The position numbers were made by a program, and so were the translations under genes. Under the pieces are notes generated by a model. The model was not told where the DNA came from and made no database searches. It worked only from the letters and a program-made list of their open reading frames with translations. DNA of 22,112 nucleotides, taken from Abditibacteriaceae bacterium (GTDB lineage: Bacteria > Armatimonadota > Abditibacteriia > Abditibacteriales > Abditibacteriaceae). Shown one piece after another: positions 1-8,074 of the stretch; the first letter of the stretch is position 1; every line of letters begins with the position of its first letter. The stretch lies in NCBI GenBank assembly GCA_031372065.1, contig JANMKN010000082.1:1-22112 (forward strand), in the 5' to 3' direction.

Positions 1-1726
1 CGCTGAAGGTTTTGCGCGTTTCGCCCGCCGCGAAAACCAAGCGAACACCGCCGTCACTGTAATCGCCGGGCGCTTTGGCTGTGCCATTGGTGGGAATAGC
101 GTTGATGGTGACGGTTTGGCCGCTTTTGGCTGATAAATCAATGGTGAAAGTCGCGTTAATGGTGCCGTTATTACCTTCAAAAACCGAAACATCGTCAATG
201 CTGGCCGAAGGTGGCGCGTCGTCATCTAAGATGGTGCCTAAACCTTGTTGGTCGTTGAGTGTGGCATTGACCGGATTGTTTAAAACCACGCGGAACTGTT
301 CGTCCGTTTCATCCAAGGTGTCGCCGCGCACGAAAACGGTGATGGTTTTCGTAGTTTCCCCGGCGGCAAAGGTTAGCGTTCCGTTGGTAGCACTATAATC
401 GGCAGGTGCCGTGGCGTTTGCGTCGGAGGCGCTGTAATTCACCGTGACGGGAAGAGACGCGGCTGGCGATAGCGTTACGGTAAAAGTAGTCGCGGTGGTG
501 GCGGTATTGTTTTCTTTGACGCTAACATCGTTGATGCTAATTTGGAAATTAGAGGGATTAATGGCTTCAAAGGCGCCAATATCAATGCGTGCATCGTTGA
601 CGCGCGGAAAACCGGTGCCCCGTTGGTCGAAATCGGGCGGCGGCGCGAAATTCGGATCGCCTGCATTTACGGCAGGGCTGTCATAGGGCAAAGCATGAGT
701 CGGTGTCGGCCCGCCATTATCTTGCAATGGGCCAAGCATGGCGTCGGTGTTGATTAAATCGCCGGGGCCGATTAAATAGCCCACACCATCATAGCCCTCG
801 CCATCATCATCGCTCAGATTGTGATCCGAAATAATTTCAAAACCCGTGGACGCTTGCTGCTCAACGAGATTATCTAACACGCCGTTGCTATCAACATAAC
901 GGTTATTGAAGAACAAGGTGTGAGATAAGGTAACGGACTTACCCGCATCGGCGAGGCCTGCGCCCTGACTTGAACCAAAATTACTATTTAGACTTTCATA
1001 ATTCGATATATTATTGGCAATAGTGCAATGGCGAACAGTCATGATGCCATCGCGGATATTGCGCAAGCCGCCGCCATACAGAGAAGTGGCGTTACCACTA
1101 ATGGTGCAATTGGTCAGCGTGGCATTGCCGCCCGAATAAACGCCGCCACCCACATTAGAAGCGGTATTGTTAGCAAACGTGCAGTCAGCGATGGTAAGCA
1201 GCGCATTGGCAGAAGTTTGCAAAGTTCCTAAACCGCCACCTTGAACGGCTTTGTTACCGCTCACGATGCATTGAGTTAGATTCAAAGTTCCATAATCAAT
1301 AAAAACTCCGCCTCCATTACCGGATACAGAAGCGGGAGAAACATCGCCATTAGAAATCGTTAGACCAGAAATAGTAACTGTTGAGCCATTTGTAGTGCCG
1401 TTGGAAATTGTGAAAATGCGATAAGCACCTGCCGCGCCTTGGCCCGCAACGGTCAATTTCTTTGCGCTTGGGCCTCGTAATTCAAGATTACTGTTAAGAT
1501 TGGGCAAAGCACTCGTTAATTGAATAGTGCCGCTGAGGTTGCCAAAAATAATTACATCCGCACCGGTGGCCGCGTTTGCTGCCGTAATCGCTTCGCGCAA
1601 AGAGCAATCGGCATTGCAAGTGCCATCGTTGGTATCTGCCAATTTGCTGACGGTAAACGTCGCGGCGTGCGACGAAATGCACACAAAACACATCAACAGA
1701 ACGATAAACAGCGACTTGAACTTCAT
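1..1726 (-). CDS. Secreted CSLREA-domain / beta-helix / choice-of-anchor Q / Calx-beta repeat protein (3' end runs off the window)
   Basis: Manual translation from ATG at 1726 gives MKFKSLFIVLLMCFVCISSHAATFTVSKLADTNDGTCNADCSLREAITAAN (signal peptide + CSLREA motif). It continues through GGG-rich beta-helix repeats, LGPLQDNGGPTPTHAL...DQRG...DIGAFE (choice-of-anchor Q) and Calx-beta repeats (GTLTFAAGETTKTITV, GTILDDD). The frame is open to position 2, so it has no stop in the window and is absent from the ORF track. Confidence 0.92.
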   Translation of the reverse strand, partial: MKFKSLFIVLLMCFVCISSHAATFTVSKLADTNDGTCNADCSLREAITAANAATGADVIIFGNLSGTIQLTSALPNLNSNLELRGPSAKKLTVAGQGAAGAYRIFTISNGTTNGSTVTISGLTISNGDVSPASVSGNGGGVFIDYGTLNLTQCIVSGNKAVQGGGLGTLQTSANALLTIADCTFANNTASNVGGGVYSGGNATLTNCTISGNATSLYGGGLRNIRDGIMTVRHCTIANNISNYESLNSNFGSSQGAGLADAGKSVTLSHTLFFNNRYVDSNGVLDNLVEQQASTGFEIISDHNLSDDDGEGYDGVGYLIGPGDLINTDAMLGPLQDNGGPTPTHALPYDSPAVNAGDPNFAPPPDFDQRGTGFPRVNDARIDIGAFEAINPSNFQISINDVSVKENNTATTATTFTVTLSPAASLPVTVNYSASDANATAPADYSATNGTLTFAAGETTKTITVFVRGDTLDETDEQFRVVLNNPVNATLNDQQGLGTILDDDAPPSASIDDVSVFEGNNGTINATFTIDLSAKSGQTVTINAIPTNGTAKAPGDYSDGGVRLVFAAGETRKTFS

Positions 1727-1769
1727 ATTTTTCTCCTACAATTTTGAAAGTGAACTTAGTATGACAAAT

Positions 1770-1812
1770 GCGAAGCGACGGGCTGAATATTCAGCCCGTC
1801 GCTTCGCTTTTT
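1770..1812. terminator. Perfect 38-bp palindrome with T-tract; probable intrinsic terminator or REP-like element
   Basis: GCGAAGCGACGGGCTGAATATTCAGCCCGTCGCTTCGC (1770-1807) is its own reverse complement and is followed by TTTTT on +. It lies just downstream of the 1826-2542 minus-strand gene. Confidence 0.65.
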
Positions 1813-1825
1813 AATTAAAATCACC

Positions 1826-2542
1826 TCACCCAAAAGGCCGTCGCGTGGGCAAGTGAAACTCGCCGCGTGGGGCGGCGTTGAGCGGGTTGGTGTAGGGCAG
1901 CATTCCGTTGGCGGCGATTTGGATTTTGCGCTTGTCGCGCTTGATTTCCTGCATCATCGCCACAGCGGTGTCGTAATCCAAACCCGCTGCGGTGCCGGTG
2001 TCGCTTTGGGTGTTTTCGTCGGCAATCCATTCGTCCAAGGCGTTTTGCAGGGCGGTGACATCGTCGGCATCCACGGAGGGCAGCGTTTCGTGGGTGAGAT
2101 TTTCCAAAATCGTGGTGGCGATTTGCTTGAGGCGCGACTCGTTGCTTTGCAATTGCTTGCCTATGAAATAACGTCGCAGATTGGGCTTGTCGCCGTCGTA
2201 TTTGAGACGCGCCCCGGTTTGCACGTCCCGAATCGCGGCAATCAGCGCGTCTTCGTCGGCTTGCTTGTCATCGGTGGCGGCGTGCGAGGTGTCGCGCCCG
2301 GTTTGGGCGTTGCCGAGCAAAGTGCGCGCTTGGGCGCTGCGCGTGGCTAACGAATCCACAAAAGCAGTCGTGATGAGGTATTTCGTGGCGAGTTTCGGCG
2401 CGTAGGCGGTTTTGCGCGCGGCGCGCACGACATCATCGGTTTCGTCCAACTCGGCTAAAAATTCCTTGTTGAACGCTTGCAATTCGCGCGGATGCGCGGT
2501 GTTGGGGGTGGCGTTATTGCCAGCCGTCTGTGGGGTCTCCAT
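1826..2542 (-). CDS. Hypothetical acidic alpha-helical protein (238 aa), downstream of 21-bp array 1
   Basis: Long ORF with an AGGAG Shine-Dalgarno before the ATG. Ala/Asp/Thr-rich amphipathic helices and a Pro/basic C-terminal tail; no catalytic motif recognised. Confidence 0.85.
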   Translation of the reverse strand: METPQTAGNNATPNTAHPRELQAFNKEFLAELDETDDVVRAARKTAYAPKLATKYLITTAFVDSLATRSAQARTLLGNAQTGRDTSHAATDDKQADEDALIAAIRDVQTGARLKYDGDKPNLRRYFIGKQLQSNESRLKQIATTILENLTHETLPSVDADDVTALQNALDEWIADENTQSDTGTAAGLDYDTAVAMMQEIKRDKRKIQIAANGMLPYTNPLNAAPRGEFHLPTRRPFG

Positions 2543-2610
2543 TGTTCGCTCCTAAAAATAAAATAGGCGTCAGAAATCGGCGTTGCCGCCGCGAAAAAGG
2601 TGTAAAAACA

Positions 2611-2639
2611 ATCATAAAATATTGCAAAGGCTGATTCAA
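2611..2639 (-). promoter_or_regulatory. Sigma70-like promoter for the 238-aa gene
   Basis: The minus strand reads TTGAAT-(17 nt: CAGCCTTTGCAATATTT)-TATGAT, about 70 nt upstream of the ATG. Confidence 0.6.
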
Positions 2640-2699
2640 GTGGCATTTTTGCTCGTTTCCATTGGATGTGTAGATGTTCTCCGAAACTCTTGGTCAAAC

Positions 2700-2867
2700 C
2701 TTCCAAAGTTATTTTGGGTGCTGCTAAAGTTATTTTTGCATCTACGAATGTTATTTTCGATGCTGCCAGAGTTATTTTCAATGCTACCAGAGTTATTTTC
2801 GCCTCTACTAAGGTTATTTTCGATGCTACCAAGGTTATTTTGGGCAAAAAAAGAGTTATTGTGGTGT
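2700..2867. repeat. Degenerate tandem array 1: 8 x 21 bp, invariant GTTATT core
   Basis: Units start at 2700, 2721, 2742, 2763, 2784, 2805, 2826 and 2847: cttccaaaGTTATTttgggtg, ctgctaaaGTTATTtttgcat, ctacgaatGTTATTttcgatg, ctgccagaGTTATTttcaatg, ctaccagaGTTATTttcgcct, ctactaagGTTATTttcgatg, ctaccaagGTTATTttgggca, aaaaaagaGTTATTgtggtgt. Confidence 0.95.
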
Positions 2868-2931
2868 GAATCCATGTCATTGAGCGGCGGCCAAGAGAAT
2901 TAGAGTGCCCGCCGAGAGAATTAGGGTTATT

Positions 2932-5334
2932 TTATCCCGGCATCAGTTGGTGGCCTTGGCGCAGTTGCCAGCCGTCAATGGCGAGCCAGAAAAGCATCAT
3001 GGCGACATCGCCCAAGGCGAGGCCGAGGAAGGCAGGAATCAGTTTGCGATACGAATCGCCGCCGCCGTAGCGCGAAACCAGAACTTTGCAAAGCCAGCCG
3101 ATGAAAATCGAAACCCAAAAAGTGTGCATCGGGTAAGCCACGCAGATCATGTAGCCGAGCGGATGCAAGGGAAACCACAAAAATTGGCTGCGGCACCACA
3201 TGACGAAAAAGGTCAGGCCGGCGCCCGATGCCAGCCACAGTAGATTGTAAGGATTCACGTCTTGCCCATTGAAGCCATTCGCCATTTGCTGCGCTTGACG
3301 TCCGGTCATTTGCGGCCCCCATTGCGAAAGCCAGCCTTGCAAGCCCAGCCCGCCGTTTTCGTAACCCAAGCGCACGTTCATATAAACGCCCAAGGTGAAG
3401 CCGACGAATATCACGGCGAAGATCAATAAACCCAGTTTGCGGCCTTCGATGCGCCGGTCACGCGCCAATTTGAAAGATTGAATAAAACTCGGCATTAAAG
3501 AGCCGCGATAATCTTGAATGCACGCCGATTCCATCACGCTGGCAACCACAACGCCATTGGCAGGCGATAAAAAGGTGCCCGGCCCGGCGCCCAGCACCGA
3601 AGCCAACGCGCCCAGCGGCATCCAGCCGTGATGCACGAAAATCAGGCCGCCTTCAGCCACAATGCGCGTGATCACGATGGCGATTGTTAAATAGCCAACC
3701 CACAGCGCCAAAGCGAGCAGGGGAGTCACGCCCGCGAAAATCGTCCACGCGACGAGAAACACAAACGAGCCGACGAAACTCCAAAACGCGGCAGGATAAC
3801 TCATCGCTTCGTGCTTTTCCATTTCGGTCATTTTCGCTTTGCCGAAGGCGCGTTTTACAATGTGCCCGAAATGTTCGCGGCCAATCCAGAAAATAATCGC
3901 GACATAAGCCAAATGTGCGCCCGTATCCTGAAAACCCACAAAGGCTTTGTTGCCGGTTTCCAACTGGTTCGGCAACGAGTTGGGTGGGAAGCCAAGGTAA
4001 TAAGCGGCCACCATTTGAAATTTGATGAACCAGTAGAAAAACCACAGAGAGAACGAAATTTCCGAAGTCAGCAAATAGGCGATGCCCGTGGCAATCGGCC
4101 AAACTTTAATCACTGTCCAGCCCAATTGATTCCACGGCGGCTCGCTGAAAAGTTGCCCGGTGTTAATGTCGAGCGGCACACGCGGCACATCGGGAAAATA
4201 AATGTTCAAACCGTTCAACAGTTGAATCAAAACCGCGATGCCAAAGCCGACCCACATGAGCGGATTTAAAAAGAAGGTGCCCATCGGCGACTTCGGATTG
4301 TCCATGCCTTCGGTCAGTTCCATCGGCAAGCGCATGAGTGGAAACGCCAGTGCTTCGCGTTCGCCCCACTGACCGCGCAGCATCACACTGAGGCTGCCGA
4401 GCAGGATAAAACTCGCCATGAACAGGCTGCCCCACGCCAAAAGTGGCACCAGCCACGCGCCCCACGGAATATGCCCGCCATTGCCGCCATACCAGCCTTC
4501 GACCACGGTTTTATCGTAGGTGCCGGTCATGTAGGTCGCCGGACTCATCCACGAAGGCATATCTTTAAGCGCGTCCATCCATTTATTTTCCGGCGAGGCG
4601 AAATAAAAGCAGCCGATGATAAAACTAACCCAATAATTGTTGCCACCGATGCCGACAATCAGCGCCGAGAACAAACAAGTAATGTAGACCGTGAGAACTT
4701 CATTGCGCGACAGCGGGCGACGCAGCAAAAAGCCGACGAATAAAAACGCCGCCGCCGCGACCAAAATCCAGCCAATTAATACAAAAAGCGAGGCCCACAA
4801 CGGCGGCGCGATCAGAAAATGCGTGATAAAGGCGGCGAAAAGACAAAACGGCACCGCGAGAAGATAAGATTTGCGCTTTGAAAAGTAAAAAGCGGCCAAC
4901 GAAGCAATCGCGCCGCCAAGCCAAGCTATCGAAATCAATCCGTAAAAGGGCGCCAAGCGCACACTAATTATTTCGTTAAATTGCCGCAACCCGTAAGCCA
5001 ATACCGCGCAACCAATGGCGCCGCCGAGTAGCATCACCGGCTTGCCATTATGCCCCGTCACATAATTGAGAATTGGGTTGACGACCAGCAGAAAAATCAG
5101 CAGCGTGCCGAGCGCGCCCGGCGGCAAGTGTGTGGCACCCAAAAAGGTGTTGAAAAATTTATAATCAACAACCGGAATAATCCACGCGAACAGCACTGCC
5201 AAAAACAAACTGAGCGCGACTACGCGCGGCGTCACGCCGGGGCCAAAATCATTTTCGGCTTGATATGCAGCTTCGCGCAGCGATTCCGACGATATTTCAG
5301 CGTGTTCCGTCGCGGTGGCAGTGGTCTGGGGCAT
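2932..5334 (-). CDS. Large polytopic membrane protein, DUF6785/DUF6784-like (putative transporter)
   Basis: 800-aa ORF with many hydrophobic segments. Motifs recalled from this family: QWGEREALAFPLMRLP, RIVAEGG, WFPLHPLGY, SIFIGWLCK...RYGG...YRKLIPAFLGLALGD. Confidence 0.8.
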   Translation of the reverse strand: MPQTTATATEHAEISSESLREAAYQAENDFGPGVTPRVVALSLFLAVLFAWIIPVVDYKFFNTFLGATHLPPGALGTLLIFLLVVNPILNYVTGHNGKPVMLLGGAIGCAVLAYGLRQFNEIISVRLAPFYGLISIAWLGGAIASLAAFYFSKRKSYLLAVPFCLFAAFITHFLIAPPLWASLFVLIGWILVAAAAFLFVGFLLRRPLSRNEVLTVYITCLFSALIVGIGGNNYWVSFIIGCFYFASPENKWMDALKDMPSWMSPATYMTGTYDKTVVEGWYGGNGGHIPWGAWLVPLLAWGSLFMASFILLGSLSVMLRGQWGEREALAFPLMRLPMELTEGMDNPKSPMGTFFLNPLMWVGFGIAVLIQLLNGLNIYFPDVPRVPLDINTGQLFSEPPWNQLGWTVIKVWPIATGIAYLLTSEISFSLWFFYWFIKFQMVAAYYLGFPPNSLPNQLETGNKAFVGFQDTGAHLAYVAIIFWIGREHFGHIVKRAFGKAKMTEMEKHEAMSYPAAFWSFVGSFVFLVAWTIFAGVTPLLALALWVGYLTIAIVITRIVAEGGLIFVHHGWMPLGALASVLGAGPGTFLSPANGVVVASVMESACIQDYRGSLMPSFIQSFKLARDRRIEGRKLGLLIFAVIFVGFTLGVYMNVRLGYENGGLGLQGWLSQWGPQMTGRQAQQMANGFNGQDVNPYNLLWLASGAGLTFFVMWCRSQFLWFPLHPLGYMICVAYPMHTFWVSIFIGWLCKVLVSRYGGGDSYRKLIPAFLGLALGDVAMMLFWLAIDGWQLRQGHQLMPG

Positions 5335-5376
5335 TGCCAGATATTTTAACTAAAGTGGAGCAGAATGTTCTCTTGT

Positions 5377-7974
5377 TTACGGCCCAATTCCACTCAGCGG
5401 ATAATTGCTGGCGGTTTGCCACGCGATGCGTTGAAAAATCGCCGCTTGTTCGGGCGTCAAGCCGCTGTCGAGCGCGCTGACTTTGCCTTCGGGACTTTCC
5501 TTGAACAAGCACGAATAAAAGACCAGAGCCACCATATAATTGCCGCGATATTGCAAATGCAATCCATCGGCGGAAATGTCTTTCCAAAAGTCGGTCAGGC
5601 CCGGCACGCGTCCGGCGTCTATTTCGGTTTTGAGCGCCGCCAAAGCGGGGCCAGCGGGCACGATCAGAACGGGTTTGCCGGTGTAGGTTTGATTGACTTT
5701 TTCGCGCACCGCTTCAATGAATTTCAGGTTGTTGTCTACGCCTTCTTGCCACGTTGTCGGCTTCGGCAAATTTAGCGGCAAAGCCGAGCCTAAACCTTGC
5801 GTGCGCTTTTCGGCCATTGATTTATCGGGCCACTGCGCATAAAGCCACGCTTGAATATCGGGGCTGTTTTGCCGCGCGAGATTATAGAATTTGATGGAGT
5901 ATTCGGCTTCGTTTTCGATAGGCTTATCGCGCCCGGCAAAGGGCTGCGTGAAGATGTGATCTATCGGCGCGAAAACTTGCAGGGCTTGGGAATAATTGGT
6001 GTCGCCAAAACCGCTGCCGGGATGCGCCCACAGATAATCAATGGCCGCGCCGGAAAAAGTGAAACGGTGATAATCGAATGATTTCCCGGCACTTTGCGCT
6101 ATCGGTTGCAGCCAGCGATCCATGCCGAAAGTCAGGCTGTTGCCGATATGAAACGTGCGCAAGCCAACAAAGTTATCGGGCAATTTGTAACCACCCGCGA
6201 CGGCGGCGCTGGCCGCTAAATCATCGGTGTAGGCAATGGCCGAAAACACGGTGCTTTTGTCCACCGAAATCGGTGCCGTGACGACTTCGCCTATATCGCG
6301 CGTCGGGTCGCCACCTGTGTTGCGAAATATCGTCTCGCCGCCGCGTGTGATGCGAAATTTCGCGTCCGGTGTGGGCGAGGAAAGCGTAACAGTCAGCGGT
6401 TCAGCATAAGTGCCCGGTGGCGGCGAAAAGACTGGCGGTTGGGCTTGTTTATCGGCGCCCAAATCAAGCGCCACCCATTGATCTGTGACGCTCGCGCCCT
6501 CGAAATAGGTGTCGGCATCGCCGTCGAAAACTTTGTCGAAGGTGCTGATTGAACCGGGCGCGGCATCGCTGCCAAGCGGCGTGCCGGAGATGCGCACGTT
6601 GTCCCACAAAAATTCCAGTTCGGCGAGGCCACCAAACGAATTAGTGGGCGCTTCAAATTTCAAAAACCGATAAAGCGCCGCTTTGGGCAGCACAATTTCG
6701 TTCCACTGACCTTCGAGCGGCATCGTAGTGATCGAAGTGATAAATTGCAGTTGCGAATTTGGCCCGGCGTTGGAGCCATAAAACTGGCCGCGAAACAAGC
6801 GTGCGGCATAACCGGGGCGAGGAAAAAAGCGAATCTTGGTTAGCGGCGGGCAAATAATTTTATTGCCGTTGAGCAGCGTGGCTAAACCTCGCGCGCGTCC
6901 AATACTGGCATTGGTGGTCTCTGAAAGCAAGACGTAAAAAATTTCGTTGCCTTCGTCTATGGCATCGGCATTTACAGGCACATCGAAAGTGCGATGAGTT
7001 TCACCCGCCGCGAAAGTCAGCGTGCCATTTTGCGTTTCGTAATCAAGAGGCGCGAGGGCCGTGCCATCAGCCGTTTTCCAGTTCACCGAAACCGCCCTGT
7101 CGCTTGGTGCGGAAAGACTCACCGTAAAATGCGCTTTGTCATCAGCTTCGTTGACGATAACATCGCCCGCCGATAAAGCTGGCGCACGGTCATCGTTGAG
7201 AATCGTGCCAGTAGCGCTTTTTATGGGGAGTGTGGCACCGATTGGCAGGCTCAAATTGAGCGTAAATGTTTCGTCCGGCTCATCGCGCAAATCGCCATTT
7301 ACTAAAACGCGCGCCAGAGCCACGTCATAGCCTGTGTTGAAAGCAACAGGCGTTGCGACAAGAGGAACATAATCATCGTTGGCTTTTGCGGTAGCAGGCC
7401 CAATGTCATTCTGTGTCGTGCAATTAACTCGCACCGTTCTGCCGCTGGGTGCCGACAAATGCAAGCGAAATACTGCGAATCTTTGCCCACTATTGCCTTC
7501 GGGGACAATGGCGTTTTCGATGGAAATTGAAGGGGCCGGATCATCATCTTGAATCGTGCCAATGGCGCGTCCACGTCCAAGACTGACATTGACTGGCGAC
7601 GACAGCAAAACGTAAAACACTTCGTTGTCTTCGTCTATTACATCGCTGATCAGGGGCACCGAAATAATCTGGCTGGTTTCGCCCGGCTTGAACTCCAATT
7701 GCCCAGCAGAAGCCTCGTAATCATACGGCGCCTTCGCCGCACCGTTGGCCGTTTTCCAATTGACCGTCACAGTCGTGGCGGCAGCTTTCGAGAGCGTCAC
7801 CACAAACAAAGCGTTGGTGGTGCTATTACTGCCTTCGATAACCGTCGTATCTTCAATGGTTACAGCAGCCAACGAATCAGCTATAGCAACAGGCGAATGC
7901 CAAATACTGGCTGAGGCGAATACCGCCAGCGCTACAATATGCCTTTTGAGAAAGCGAGAAAAGGGAGATTTCAT
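5377..7974 (-). CDS. Secreted multidomain protein: 3x Calx-beta, discoidin/CBM-like region, chitobiase-C/Fn3-associated domain, C-terminal SGNH-like hydrolase
   Basis: Likely start is ATG 7974 (MKSPFSRFLKRHIVALAVFASASIWHSPVAIA signal peptide). Calx-beta motifs (VNWKTANG...DY...LEFKPGETSQ; GTIQDDD), FDGDADTYF...WVALDLG, PPVFSPPPGTY, and an SGNH-like block I HIGNSLT with a C-terminal DGLH. Confidence 0.82.
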   Translation of the reverse strand: MKSPFSRFLKRHIVALAVFASASIWHSPVAIADSLAAVTIEDTTVIEGSNSTTNALFVVTLSKAAATTVTVNWKTANGAAKAPYDYEASAGQLEFKPGETSQIISVPLISDVIDEDNEVFYVLLSSPVNVSLGRGRAIGTIQDDDPAPSISIENAIVPEGNSGQRFAVFRLHLSAPSGRTVRVNCTTQNDIGPATAKANDDYVPLVATPVAFNTGYDVALARVLVNGDLRDEPDETFTLNLSLPIGATLPIKSATGTILNDDRAPALSAGDVIVNEADDKAHFTVSLSAPSDRAVSVNWKTADGTALAPLDYETQNGTLTFAAGETHRTFDVPVNADAIDEGNEIFYVLLSETTNASIGRARGLATLLNGNKIICPPLTKIRFFPRPGYAARLFRGQFYGSNAGPNSQLQFITSITTMPLEGQWNEIVLPKAALYRFLKFEAPTNSFGGLAELEFLWDNVRISGTPLGSDAAPGSISTFDKVFDGDADTYFEGASVTDQWVALDLGADKQAQPPVFSPPPGTYAEPLTVTLSSPTPDAKFRITRGGETIFRNTGGDPTRDIGEVVTAPISVDKSTVFSAIAYTDDLAASAAVAGGYKLPDNFVGLRTFHIGNSLTFGMDRWLQPIAQSAGKSFDYHRFTFSGAAIDYLWAHPGSGFGDTNYSQALQVFAPIDHIFTQPFAGRDKPIENEAEYSIKFYNLARQNSPDIQAWLYAQWPDKSMAEKRTQGLGSALPLNLPKPTTWQEGVDNNLKFIEAVREKVNQTYTGKPVLIVPAGPALAALKTEIDAGRVPGLTDFWKDISADGLHLQYRGNYMVALVFYSCLFKESPEGKVSALDSGLTPEQAAIFQRIAWQTASNYPLSGIGP

Positions 7975-8074
7975 GTGAGAATGTCTTATCGTTCGACAGT
8001 AGATTAAAGGATACAAAGTGTCGCAACACGGGCGCAGGTTTTAGCAGCATTTTGCTGTAACACTATGCCTCGTT

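Noticed and set aside
75..1814. Short plus-strand ORFs (75-398, 444-686, 542-757, 1028-1231, 1520-1747, 1527-1814)
   Set aside because: Antisense shadows of the CSLREA/Calx-beta gene.
2700..2867. Array 1 as a CRISPR array
   Set aside because: The 21-bp total period leaves no room for repeat plus spacer, the variable parts resemble each other, and no cas genes are present.
2455..2903. Four overlapping ORFs across array 1 as protein genes
   Set aside because: A stop-poor 21-bp repeat keeps several frames open, and one ORF overlaps the 238-aa gene and its promoter. Not called as CDS, though a heptad peptide cannot be excluded.
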